This document shows positions 26,076-38,689 of a DNA stretch of 64,000 nucleotides, one piece after another. The stretch is from NCBI RefSeq assembly GCF_036321535.1, contig NC_087437.1, positions 54,748,001-54,812,000 of the forward strand, written 5' to 3'. The translations under genes and the position numbers were made by a program. The DNA is from Camelus dromedarius (Eukaryota). The notes under the pieces are model-generated. The model made no database searches, was not told the DNA's origin, and saw only the letters and a list, made by a program, of their open reading frames with translations. Numbering within the stretch: the first letter of the stretch is position 1; every line of letters begins with the position of its first letter.

Positions 26076-28170
26076 CTGAGGCAGTCGTCTTTGCTAGTGG
26101 CAGGAGCTGAGCCCAGGCTGCGCGCAGTGGACTGGGTGGCTGGCCAGCAGTGCTGCTGGTTCATAGGATATTGCCCAGAGCCGTCTGGGAACAGAAAGCT
26201 TGACCAAGAGAAAATGGGGAACAGATCTGGAATGAGTATTAGGGAACTGATGCATCTTTTATTGTTAGAAAATATGATTCCTGCCATTTTAGGTGATTGC
26301 CACCCCTCCCATCTTTCACTGTTAGCCTTTGAGATGAGACAGAATATCTGTTTTGTCTTTTCCTCTCCTATCTGCTTGCTGGGTTGGTGTCACTCTCACC
26401 CATCTTTTTCTATTTCCATTAGTCAGCTAGTGACTCTGAAGACAATGTAAGCGAATGCCGTTTCCGCTCTTAACAGTTATCAGTAACTCCATTTTTGAAA
26501 TGGGTGTTTCAAATCCTATCGTGTTAGCATCGGCGCTATTATCTTCTGTATTTTCAACTATCAAAGTACACTTAAACTAAATAGAAACAGAGTAATTTCG
26601 TTCTAGTAAGTGGCGATAAGTGAAAAAGAAATATCAACAGCAACAATGAAAAGCTTTAAACGCCTTATAATGTTAGGTAGATTGTATTTATGTGAATGTG
26701 TTAGAATAACAGAACTTCTAAACTAAAAGGAAACACAAAGATTGAGTCTAAACCCACCATCTTGTCATTGAGAAAACACAGCTGAGAAAGGGAAAGCGAT
26801 TTACCCAGGGTCACCCTACTGAATTAAGGCAGAACCAGGACAAAATGCCTAGTTTATTTCTTCTCTGCTCTCCTGGCCAACACATTCAGCTCCCTGCTCA
26901 CTAAAAGGAATTCTGTGGTTGGACTGGGTAGGTAATATGTCACTTTTCTGGGTCAATGTTTCTAAATATTCAGTCATCTTCTGACATTAGGGCACTTGTG
27001 AGTTTCTTAGGAGAACTGCAATACTGTCTTCTTTTGCTTGACAGTGAGCTTTGAGTAGGACGACTGGGACCAGCAAGCACTGATTCAGGTCTCCCTGTCC
27101 CATCCTAACCACCTGGTTGTTTGACCAGAGTAAAGCACTTATGCTTTCTGGTCCTCTGTTTCCTTCTTTGGTACGATTATGGTGTCATAACAGGTGCTAG
27201 CTAAGGTTCTTCCCATCCCCAGTATCTACGGACCCAAGTGTCCCCATCCGTTCTGACGTCTCTCTTCTAGGAATTTCTGTAGCGCTGGTTTGCACCTGTG
27301 TGCCAGTATTGCACCCTCAGCCTGCTGGGGGATGGGCTCTTCCCCGTCTTTAATTTTGTTGACCGTGTCCCATCAGTGAGACTGGAGACCCTCAGACAGC
27401 GCCTGTGCTCCTCTCTTACACTGAGTTTCCTCATCTGGAAAATGGGGCGAGAGTAACTTCCTGCTCATTTCATAGGTTCTTAAGAAGAACAATTGAAGTA
27501 GTGTATGAGAGATTGCTTTGGAGATGTTTCACAGTATAAAGTGTTCAGATTTTAGACCTGTTTCAGTCCCTTCACTGTCCCAGACACCTGAATCAGTTCT
27601 CTGAGGGGGATTTTATTACGGTTAAATAGAAATATTGGAATAACTGCTTAAAGTCCCCTTCAGTTCTAATATTTCATGAGCCTGAGTTACCTTTTCTGTG
27701 CTGTTCATCTATAATCTATTCACACTTTCCCAAACATCTTTCGTCTGTAAGTCCTAGTGGATGGTGCTTAGCCCGTAGAATCAGATCCACAGGAGCTTAG
27801 AGGAACTTCTTACCCCTTATCCACTTCGATGACATGGCCTTTTGTTTTATAGCTTTGGCTGCCAGACATGGAATCCTTGACTTGGGAACTGAACACATTC
27901 CTTGGTTTTCCACTTTGGCAGCATTTTGAGGGGTCATGAAAGGATTCGAGGGAAAACGGGTGAGGATGATAAGCCAATATATAAAGTTAATATCAAATGT
28001 CTAAGTATTTGAACGTCTGCTTCTGGTTATTTCTATTGCATTATTGGCGAGTGTGAGAAAAGGGTTTCTGGAACTTATAATGCCCCAATTCGCTGGTCCT
28101 GGGTTATCAAAATGCAAAGTAAGAAAACTGTCTTCCCTGAGGTTTTGAAAGAAAATCAACAGCAAGAGTA

Positions 28171-28590
28171 CCCGGCACGGTCTGTCTTCTACCGCACGCT
28201 GCCCTGCGGCCCGAAGACGGCACCGCCGTTCTCGCTGTTCCGTAGGTTCAAACGGTTACGGTTCTTCTCCTCCCTGCCCGCTCCCAAGTGTTGTTTCCTT
28301 CGTGGAAAACCAAACTCGTTCTTTTGCTACCTTTTCGAACTTCTGCTGGTATTATTCTGTGTTGATTGTGTGAGGCGCCGCGCCCCCGGGAACCAGGAAC
28401 GCCATATGATTCTATGGATACGTTTATAGTTGTTTCAGGCGGGTGTCCCTGCTTCTTACATGCACGCAGGCACGCAGAGTGCAGACAGGGCAGCCTGGCA
28501 GGGTGCTTGCGGAGCTGTGAACGTGGACTGACTGGCAGGGCGGCTCATTTTGAGGATGCTGCTGCTTCATCTGTAGCTCGCGCAGAAAGT
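28171..28590. promoter_or_regulatory. Intronic CpG-rich patch (CpG-island-like)
   Basis: About 31 CpG counted by eye in about 420 nt, far above the CpG-depleted surroundings. Function is inferred only. Confidence 0.5.
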
Positions 28591-31095
28591 CTGCAGCAGT
28601 GATCTTCCAGCCACCTTTCACGGAAGTGCTTCAGGAGGCGTGACTGGAGGCCAGGGGAAAAACCCAGTGGGTGGAACCCTGTGCTTCCCTGCTTGTACTT
28701 GAACCAGAGCAGCTCTGTTTCTTAATCCGTTTTAAATAATGGGTTTCCGTGTATGACTTCATTTTCACCGTGGGGTTCTGTTGCTTAAAAAAGGCGTGCC
28801 CAATGTCTCTTTTACTGTCAAATAATTAATCTTACTGTGGTTATTTTTATGGTTCTTATTTTATTGATGGATAGATAGATACTGTGTGTATTTTTCCGTC
28901 TTATTATATAGCTATTCTCATACAAAGTAACCTCTATTTTAATTGTAAGGGATTACTTTAAGAGTACATTATCAATATTATTTTTATTTTATAAAGATTT
29001 GAATTCAGTAGAAGTAATTCAATGAGTAGATCAATACAATGAAAAGTGAAGGTTTTTTTTTCCTTATTTGTGGGGGGGGGGTGTATATTTTGCTTTCTTA
29101 TCTGAACAGAGCACTGAACAAAGGGGCTGCCTGTGTGTTCCCAAACACAGACCGCTTAAGCCATGCCCCTGTTCATACTTACATCTGAGTTGGCTTAAAC
29201 TCTGCGTGGGCCTCACTCTGCTGAGTTTGGGTCTGGTTGCCAGTAGGCAACAAAGATAATGGCTGACAAGCTGTGAAGTATCATTATAGAGTCATGCAAT
29301 ATGAGAGCTTTAAAAAGTAAAAAAGGACCTGGAAGGTTTGTACCCCTCATTTTACAGAGGTTAAAGTTGGGTTTCAGAAAGGAAAAGTGACGGCATCACA
29401 AGTAGACCTGGCCTCCCACTGTCATCCCTGTGGATGGGTGGGTCTTGTGCTGGCTGCTTCAGTAAGGCTGACTGTGGCGCAGAGGCCCCTTGGGGTGTCT
29501 CTATATAAAAGAGTTTATCTTGAGGATCCGTGGCTGAGACCTGGCACCGGAAGGCTCAGGGATGGGGCCATCTCTCTCTCCTTTGCATTCTCCCTTTTCT
29601 CTCTCCCTCCTTCTCCTCCCTCTCTGATCCTTTGCTTTTCTGTTATTTGCATGTCCATTATTTTCCTCTCTCCAATAATTGCATCTTCTTGCATGTTCTG
29701 ATTATTAGCCATGAACATGACCCTTTTGGTTTCTCATCATCCCCATGGCAGGTTTGTCACCTGCTGCTTGTTAGTTCACATTTATAGGGAAGGAGGTTTA
29801 TTAGCCTAGCTCGTCTTTTTGTCACAGGCCACATTTTGGTTCACCAGCCTGTTTGTGGACAGGCCGTCCAGCCTGGCTTCTACGTGTCACAGTGTTTTGA
29901 AGAGGAGTCTCGTGGCTCCTGGCAGCAGGGCTGGGACAGGACTGCTTCCTTTAAAGAGATGGAGGCTGACCAAGTATTACCCACTTTGGGTGAGTGCGCT
30001 AGCACTGAAGAGGGCGGGATGACAGGGACTATGAGAGGAAGCATCGTGGCGTGTAGCGAGCCCAGTGTTGACGCTCTCCCGGGGTGCTTTTCCCTTCAAG
30101 TGTGCTAGGGCCATGACAACACTTTGTCTCCTGTCGCTGCTTTCTGCTTATTCATCGGCAGGCTCTCGGTTGCCAAGCTATTATTCTACTTTAAATTGTG
30201 AAAATGGTGTCCCTGTTTTGAGTGTTATATTGCTTGCTCCAAGGATGGCTTTTTGTGGCACCTTTTCTCACTGTCCTTAACCTGTGGGGTAGATAATAAT
30301 GAGACTTGAGTTTTTGCCTGGCTTTTGTATGTTAGAAAAGTCGAATTATATTTCTGTCAGCCGTTGGATAATAAGCTTCTTAAATCTCTGTCTCCTCCAC
30401 GTGGTTTTACAAAGACTCTCAAAGAACATAATGTATCTGATATCACTAGGCAGATGTGAGAGTCATGTTAGCCAGTGGATTGTAACTTCCTCAAGGCTGA
30501 GGATCGTGCCTTCTGCAGGCTGCTTGCTGCTTAGCACAAACGATTTCGCGGAGCAGCTTGGGAGAAGAGCCACTCACAGGAACCAGCAGTGGGAGCTACC
30601 CTATGAGCAGTGCTGTCAGAGAGAACTGGACAAAGAAGAGTCATTTATCAGATAAGTGGGGGCATCAGTGATGTTTTCACGGAGGAGAGTACGTATGATA
30701 AGATAGAGGGCTTTTTGGAAAGGTATGTCCTTCAACTAAGTGAGTGGGAAGAAGAGTGCACAACCGTGAACTAAAGCATTTTTTTTTTTCTTTTCCAACA
30801 TTTTGGGTCTCATTCGATAAAGTGACATTTCTTTTAGATAAAATTGGTCATATTTTGTGCAGTCTCACTACTGAATGCTGCCTGTCTAACTCAACATTAC
30901 TGGAATAAGTGTGCTCGTATTATCTAGCATGGGGGATTAGATTAAGAAACAATGCTGGTTTCCATTTTATTTTTGTCCAGATCTCTCTTACCCATTATAT
31001 GAATTGCCTGTCGTCATTTTCATGGCTTTCTGAGCCATGTAGAGCACATACTCTCACCCTTTTAAATGTTCGTTGTGTTAGAAATGTCCTTAGAG

Positions 31096-31282
31096 CAGTG
31101 GTTCTCAAAGTGTGGTCCTCAGCCCAGCACCATCAACATCACTTGGAAACTTGTTAGAAATGTAAGTTCTTGGGCCTCACCCAAGATATACAGAATCGGA
31201 CACTCTGGGGTGGGATCCAGTACTCTGTGCTTTAGCCAGCTTTCCAGGTGGTTCTGTACAGGCTGAAGTCTGAGAACCACTG
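31096..31282 (+). mobile_element. Full-length MER5A DNA transposon
   Basis: Perfect 12-bp terminal inverted repeats cagtggttctca / tgagaaccactg, 187 nt long; 8-bp flanks ccttagag / atctagga share a central TAG. Confidence 0.93.
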
Positions 31283-31469
31283 ATCTAGGAACATGTTCTT
31301 CACAGTTAATTCCTAGCACCATCATGTGTTAAGAAGCACAGGAGCCCCCAGCTAACTGAAGCCCCCGGCTGGCGATTTTTACTTTGAGTCAAATTCTTTT
31401 AAAAGTCACATACTCAGTTGACTGACCATGTTAGCCAAAATATTTATTTTGAGACTGTGATCAAGGTAA

Positions 31470-31670
31470 TAATTGAGTAGCTGTTGTTTATTGAGTGCGT
31501 AAGATGTGAACAGTACTTGACTTGTATGAACTCATTCAGTCCTGACAACAGCTGCATGACAAGCTGAGACCCAGAGAGCTCAGGCCGATTGCTGAAGGTC
31601 ACAAAACTGGCAAGCGGCAGGTCCAGGTTTCAACCCTTTCCAGTCTGACTCCAGACCCTCTACCATTAAT
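31470..31670 (-). mobile_element. MIR SINE
   Basis: tttattgagtgc...aactcattcagtcctgacaaca...ctgagacccagagag...aaggtcaca...gtctgactccaga. Confidence 0.75.
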
Positions 31671-32829
31671 CTTTTTTTTTTTTTTTTTCCTTCCTTTTTT
31701 GGTTAGAGGTGCTTTGGGGGGAAAATTTAATAAAAAATGATCACAAAGAAATTCATTGATTATATTCTCAAGCTCATCAAAGATAGAAAGATGATAGATG
31801 AATGATAGACACTTAGTTTTGCTGCTCAGAGATGATACAGCTTTCTCATAGCCCTTTTGTTATCACCATTTTCTTTTTAACATTGTTATTAGAAATAAGG
31901 GAATAATGAACTTTACTGACCATAAATGAAAACAAAAATGAGGCAAAATTCCTGCTTTCTTACTAATACTCAAACAGTACCACTGAAAAGAACATCAAAA
32001 TTGCATGTAAAAAGAATATACTGTTTTGTACTCCTAGCCCCCTAGGGTTCTTTCAGATGAGATTGTTTTATATTCCTAAGCTGTCAGGGAGAGCTTTCCT
32101 TTTTCTGATGAATCACAGGGAACTCCTGGCCTGAGCAGAGGTGGAGATGTCACACATGGTGTCACACATGGGGTCTGCCCCGAGGAGCTCTGTGAGCTTT
32201 GTGAAGCACAATTTAAATATCACAGATTTAGTACCTCTAATGTCAAGTTTTCTCTCTGATTATTCGGTTCCTTTCTCAGGTATATTTTTGAGCAGTCATA
32301 TTCAGATCTTGGCCCCTCAAACCCCCTTCTGTGATGTGTCAGTGTGATGGCCGGGCCACCTCAGAGCTTCTGGAGGTTGCTGAGGATTCGGTCAGCCCAC
32401 GCGTGTTTTGAGTGTGACACTGGGTATTGGCTCTAATTCTAGGATGTGAACTTCCTCAGGCAGAGAATGGTTCTTAATTAACTAGACCATCTTCTGATCC
32501 TTTGTTTTTCTTTAACAGCCTGAACAAGAACTCTCTCTTTAACAATGTTGATTTGATCATTAGGTTCCTGATGTTTTTTTCATAGCAGAGGACTTTGCAG
32601 TTAGGCCTGCTCCCTACCTCAATATGGAAATGAATACTTAACAAGTAAATTTTTATGCTAAGCAGGGTCCATTTAGTTCCATTCATCAATAATGTCTTCC
32701 TCGTGAAGACATCACTGATGCCCCCGCTTATCTGATAAATGACTCTTCTTTGTCCAGTTCTCTCTGACAGGAATGCTCATAGGGTAGCTCTCATTATTGG
32801 TTCCTGTGAGTGGCTCTGACCATTTTGCA

Positions 32830-33580
32830 ACCACCAGTGTAGTCATCCATTCAGTCAAGGATTGTCTCTGGATGATAAAACCATTGGGTAAAAATGTTCA
32901 TGATGAGCAGAGAATATTGGCAGAGCCTCAAAGTGTCACCCCACGATAATGTATTGATCTAGAAGAGGACATTTGTGCAATGGGGAAATCTGGTGAACAC
33001 TCCTTAACCAGGCCATCAAAGTTGTCACCACCAAATGGCCAGACAGCATCGTGAGCTTCCTGATGAGACACAATGGGAAGGAAACGGCATCACGCATGGA
33101 CTATGCCTGCCAAGATGGTGTAATCTGAATCTAACCATCAGACAAAGCCAGATTGTTCACATTTTATAAGACACCTGGCCTGAATTCTTTTTAAAAGTCA
33201 GTTTCATGAAAGAAATAGGCTGGGGCCTGTTCTAAATTACAAGAGACTAAGAAGACATGTCACCTCAATGTGTGATCTTTGGTTGGACTGTGGATGGAAA
33301 TTACCAACAATAGATGAAAGGACATTCCTGGGACTGCTGGTGAGATGTGAGCATGCGTGCATGTTAGATAATTGCACCCATGATAAATTTCTTGGGTGTG
33401 ATAATGGTGTTGAAAAATTAGGAGTTCTTAGGAGAGGCCAGCTGAAGTGTACAGAGGAGGAGTTCCTGCAACTTCTTGCAAGTGGTTAAACTACAATAAC
33501 AAACAAGCAGATATATATTTGTTATGATATGTATTTGTTATGTTTGGATGTGAAGAGTGAATAAATGCATAAATGTAAAT
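32830..33580 (+). mobile_element. Old L1 (L1MC-type) 3' UTR
   Basis: ggggaaatctggtgaacactccttaaccaggccatcaaagtt...taatctgaatctaa...aagagactaagaagacatg pattern. Confidence 0.7.
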
Positions 33581-33929
33581 GAATGCTGTTTCATGACTCA
33601 GTGCTGGTACTCCTCGCAGTGAGTGGATTAGCAGTGTGACCCATACGGCCTCACATGCTGTCCATTTTGATTCTGGGCTCTGTTTTAAGGGTATTCCTAC
33701 ATATTTACAGTGGGGGAGACATCATCCCTTAATTCTACTAGTGGCACTGAGAATCATGATTTTCCAAATTATAATAAGCCTCAATTGTGATTTGGTGAGC
33801 TTTTATTATATACATATTTATTGAATGAATGAAATTGTCTTGTAGAAAATAATATCTAATGAATGGCTCATTCACATGAGCTTCATAGCTGTTAGCAAAA
33901 GTACACAGTCCCTGGACACCCTCTGTACT

Positions 33930-34414
33930 CTACCTGTCATCCTCTTGTCCCACCTTGAGACACGGGTCATTGATACAGTAACCACCCCTGAGAGGGAGGA
34001 CCTGGCAGCACCTTGTCTCAGATGCAAAACCCTTCTCTCACTTTCCATCCTGGGACTTTTCTGCTAGCACTGTGCTTCTTGGGGCAAGTATGAGGGAGTC
34101 TGTGACCCTGTAGGTGATTCTAAACCAATGGAGAACTAGAGCCAGAGGATAAATACTCTGTTCTCTCATTCCCTAGGTGGGAAGATCTGAGGCACATTTC
34201 ACGGGACTCCTCAGAGGGCTCCCAGGAGAATGGAGCCCTGGTTGTCCATTTTGGTGACCAGCTCAATTCAGCACCTTTGAATTGGCTTTCCCTCGTCCCC
34301 TGTTTACTCGTCCAGTCCTTCAGTACTGTTTCTGGGGAATCATTCCCCAAATCAATGGCCTGCACACAAGTCTTTGTCTTAAGCTTTGTCTTTGGCAGAG
34401 CTTGGACTCAGACA
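33930..34414 (+). mobile_element. LTR16-like ERVL solo LTR
   Basis: ctaaaccaatggagaactagagccagaggataaat...ctcctcagagggctcccag...cctgcacacaagtctttgtcttaagctttg...agaca terminus. Confidence 0.7.
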
Positions 34415-35329
34415 ATGGAATCACTCTGGTTATGGTTGAAGAGTGTGAGAATCTAAAGATTATTACAATGACCACTTTGTGGGTGATCGGGTGGTATTTA
34501 GAAAAAGGATTAGGCTAAGAGTTAGGACACTTTTCCTTGTTGTTACTTGGCCTTGGGCAGGTCATTTTACCATCAAGTGACCTGCAAGGCTTCAGTGATA
34601 GGGAGTTAAGGAGAAGACACATTGTAAGTGTAGGATTCTGTTGCTGGTTAGAGGACTGTCTCCTCTGGTGGAAAGCGTTGAGAGGAGCAAAGTAGTTCCT
34701 GGATCTAAAAGTGCTGTGGTGGTAGATGAAGTACTAGGAGAAGGGCTGGTAGGACGCGGGCAGGACTTTAGTTATTTGAACTGAGCTGAGATATTAAATA
34801 GAGACTCAGTGGTGAGAAGGAAGTCTGTCCTAAACTGGAGAGGAGATGGAAACGTAGAAACAAAGCCATTATTAGAAGGCCAGGTAGGGCAGCAAGGGGC
34901 GATCTTGGGTGCAAAATCTCACAACGTTAAGCTGGAACTTGTTCAATTGCATCAACCTAATGTGAGAAATTAGAAATGGAGAGTAGTCCTGACTCACAGG
35001 GAAGGGAGAACGAAGTGGTACGTGCACAGGCTGGTCGTACGCTATAATTACTTGTTTCATTGCATGGCTCAGGGTGATTCTGTGACTTTGGACTCTCCGT
35101 GGTATCCAGTACTTAGGGCTTGGGCAGTTGCTGTGCTGTCTGCTAAAGTACAGATGTTGAAGACCTGATTAAATCCTGTCTCTTTACGGATCCCCCGAGG
35201 GAGCACTTAATGAACGATGCTCCCCTTAAGAAGAATAATTAACAATAGGTACATTATTCATATTAATTTATAGTTACTGGTTGCTATAATTAATGCTATT
35301 TATGAAAATCATCATAATTACAGCACTTT

Positions 35330-35470
35330 ACAATTTATGGAGTATTTTCCCATCCATTTTCTTATCTGAACCTTGTAACATCCCTCTGGCTTAGATAGGG
35401 CAGGTGATGTTCTGCTAGTTTTATAGGTGAGGGAATTTGGCCCAGGGAGGAATTTAACCAGGCTCCAGTC
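35330..35470 (-). mobile_element. MIR fragment
   Basis: cagcactttacaatttat...ttttataggtgagggaatttggcccagggagg. Confidence 0.7.
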
Positions 35471-36109
35471 CACTGCCCTTACTAATGTTTTGTGCTGTCT
35501 ATGAGTATTTGGAAATACAGTGATCAAATTCACGTTAGTAATAATGTTTTATATTTGTGCATAAGAGAGTCCAGTTCACACAGTTCTCAGTTGCCTAAGC
35601 CCTACTTTTCTTTGTACCAGAATCCATTGCCAGAATGTTCCCAGGAATTTTAAATTTTTAAGGGATTTCTCCTTAATGCCAGAGTATTTCATAGCCATTA
35701 ATACTCAGTGGGGTACAGGTAAGACAGAGGGATTAGCTCTTTGAACTTACCTGGTCCTTGGGCAAAGACCCACTGGCCTTACAGCGTTTGGTCAGACCAG
35801 AAATTCAGACTCTGATAAAACATGACAAGCTGTCATTTCATTGTTTCCCCGTTTCTGGCTATGGCAAGGGAGCTGAGAGAAGCCTCTCAATTTTCACAAG
35901 GATGACCTTCACGTCTGGGCCATACCGCGTGAAATACACAGACACACAGAGGTGTGCACGCCCGCGCGCCCACACACACACACACACTCTCGTGCACGTG
36001 AGCCTTTTGCTTCTGTTCACACCCACTGATCCTGTTGTACCTCTAGCTGCTTTTACTCACAAGTTCAGTGAAGAAGGTTACTGGCTGGACCTCTTGCAGG
36101 GTCTGTTAT

Positions 36110-36350
36110 TATTTATTCATTTATTTACTCAAATTGTTGATTGAACATTTCCATGGATTAGGAGCAAGATTCTGGGAAAATAGCGAGGAGGGAAACAGAC
36201 GCATTTCTTGCCCTCATGAAGCTTACATTCTCCTGGGGAGACTGATGACAGACAGACAAATATATATAAAAGATAATGGTAGATGGTGATAGATGTTATG
36301 AGAAAAATAAGCAAAACAGGGTGAGGGGATAGGTTTTCTTAGATGGGTCA
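36110..36350 (-). mobile_element. L2 3'-end fragment
   Basis: atttattcatttatttactcaaattgttgattgaaca...ttgccctcatgaagcttacattctcctggggagac. Confidence 0.8.
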
Positions 36351-37885
36351 TACAGATGCATCCAGAATGAGAAAATGATGAGAAGATTGTTTTAGATCAT
36401 GTGATAAAATGTACCCTGCTTAAAGCGGACTCACGAGGAAGGATGTCACGGGCTCTAGGCCAGGCAGCAGTCTCTGGGTTTGGCTCCGAGGGGCTGGGCT
36501 ACAGCTTCACAGACCGTGATGTTATCCATGTGCCTGGGATGGATCAGGTCCAGATGGATTAACTCATTTGGCTAAATTTTCAAGAGATTGACCAGAACAC
36601 GAGATCCCATCAGAGCCTTTTCACAGAGAGTTAAATTAGTTTAAGGACGCAGGGGAGGCAGGAAAAGAAGCCAGTGGCCTCCATGTTCTCCACAGGCAGT
36701 GGTGTTACGCTGTCACTGCCTGGTGCGGAGTGCTCGTTAAAAAGGTGCATTCACTTAGAGAATTGCGAGATTTCAGTGCTGCCTTGTCAGGGTATCTTAG
36801 TTTTTGTTGTTGCTGAGGAAACTCTGGTTTCTTGGCTCTTTCTAAACTCTTCCAGTCGCTGCACTGATATTTAACCTCCTGAGACAAGGTCGGTAGGGCG
36901 GGTTAGATTACACTGACTCCCATCATTTCATCCCTGTTGGGCCTTCACTGCAGATTCACTTTGATTTCTTGCTGGAGCCTTAAGAGACACACGTCCAAGA
37001 TCATTATAACATTGTCACCTTAAAATATGATTTTAACTCACCCTGCTTCCAAATTCTAGGGCTGCCTTTATATTTCCTTTGTATTTCACAGTGTATTTCC
37101 TTGCCTTAAGCTCTAGGCACACTGTTGGCTTGCTTTTCCCAAGTGTGCTCCTTCTTCTTAGGAGTGCCCTTGTGGTGGTGTCATTGTCCTCTGGTCATTC
37201 CATGTTGATGCTGAGTGTAGATGGAAGTCGGTGTTCCTGACGACATGGGACAGTGGCATGTGAAATCCGTAGATTCCCCCAATTCGTAGTCAGTGGTCAC
37301 CGCCACATGCTTCCTCTGCAGCCTGTCGGCCAGGACCCTGAGCAGCCTTATTCTAGCTCGTCTTTCAGGGGCATCACTTGGAGCTTGCCGTCTCTCTGTC
37401 ATACAGACACACCTAGTCCACTGGTCTCCCACGGCTTCCTCTTTCTGGACTGGAAGCTCTCACCCTTGCCCGAATCTGCTCCAACTAAAATGTCGTCATT
37501 CTGTTTGGTGGTTTCTGAACATGGAATTTGCAGTGTCTCCCCATTGGGATCTGTTCCTTGAGTGCAGGAAAAGAGACATTTGTTTCCTTTAACTTGTATA
37601 TTCTTCAAAGAAAATATCCTTTAAATAAGAGCATGACTTTAGGAGAATCACCTGATATATTTCAGTTTTCTTGTTTATCAAAAAGCGATTGTTCTACTGC
37701 AGCCTATGTCAGTGAGATTTTTTAGAAGCTAAAAATAAAATAAAATAAAATTTAAAAATATTTTTAAAAAAATGAACTACAGAAAAGCTTGGACACAGCC
37801 ACAGTATTACTTGAGAAATTTGAGCTCAGACTGATATGGAAACTGGAAATTTCCCTTTTTAACATGTCCGTGTTGCGTCTAACAG

Positions 37886-38008
37886 GGAAATCCTGGAGGC
37901 AAGACCCTTGAGGAGAGACGCTCCAGCCTGGATGCTGAGATCGACTCACTGACGAGTATCTTGGCTGACCTGGAGTGCAGCTCCCCCTACAAGCCTCGGC
38001 CCCCGCAG
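37886..38008 (+). CDS. LPP: LPP internal coding exon (123 nt, phase 0 to 0) encoding the leucine-rich nuclear export signal
   Basis: Acceptor ctaacAG (37884-37885), donor CAG|GTGAGA at 38009. Translates GNPGGKTLEERRSSLDAEIDSLTSILADLECSSPYKPRPPQ, the direct in-frame continuation of the previous exon in LPP; LDAEIDSLTSILADL is the zyxin-family NES. Missed by the ORF track. Confidence 0.97.
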
Positions 38009-38531
38009 GTGAGAGCTCTCCACAAGGGTGCCCCCGCTGCCAGCCACAGATAGCCTGCGGCCGTCTGAAAGAGCAGGCTGCTTCTGTAGCCCTCCCGGAG
38101 CCAGCAGTCTAAGTCGTCTTTTTATTTAATATCAACATATGTTAGTTAACAGACAGAAACTTCTTAAACTGACTTATTAGTATTTTCCTTAAGGTAACAC
38201 AGCAGCATTATACAAAAATGTTACAAACATAGAATCTCTTCTTACTCCATTGCCTTGCTCTTTTTCTGGCTTGGCCTAGGTGCATATTTTGTTACATGTT
38301 GGTATAATCTTCAGAAATAGGATTTAGCATGGCTATGGTGAAGTTAAGTTGAGGGCTACATCTTTTGTAAAGAAATTTCTTAAGTTGGATATCGAGGTGG
38401 CTTCCTTTTTTGGGTTGTTGTTGTAAATAATGCCACAAGGGACATGTTTGTGTAGATTTTCTTTGGAGCTATTTCCCTACTTCAGATTTTTTTTAGAATG
38501 GGATTTCTACATGGGGGGTTATGATCACTTT

Positions 38532-38689
38532 TTTTTTTTTTTTTTTTTTTTTTGCAGAGAAGGGGAGGAAGTAATTAAGTTTTTAATTATTTATTTATAT
38601 AATTTATTTAACGGAGTTACTGGGTTTTGAACCCAGGACCTTGTGCATGCTAAGCACACACTCTACCACTGAGCTATACCCTCTGCCCC
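38532..38689 (-). mobile_element. tRNA-Ala-derived SINE resembling the camelid vic-1 family
   Basis: The reverse complement reads gggtaTAGCTCAGTGGtagagtgtgtgcttagcatgcacaaggtcctgGGTTCAAAACCc (Pol III A and B boxes), then an AT-rich linker and poly(A). TSD atgatcacttt (38521-38531) / atgaccatttt (38690-38700). Confidence 0.9.

Larger units (their letters stand above)
9081..37885 (+). other. LPP: LPP intron, GT-AG (U2-type), 28,805 nt
   Basis: Bounded by GTAAGA and CAG; joins ...AFRAQ to GNPGG... in phase 0. Positions 1-8967 and 38009-64000 are parts of the neighbouring introns; no further LPP exon was recognised. Confidence 0.93.

Noticed and set aside
37851..37863. U12-type branch site (ttccctttttaac resembles TTCCTTAAC)
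   Set aside because: The intron donor is GTAAGA, not the U12 RTATCCTT consensus.
38600..38689. tRNA-Ala gene
   Set aside because: Has a SINE tail, poly(A) and TSD and an imperfect acceptor stem; it is a retroposed SINE.
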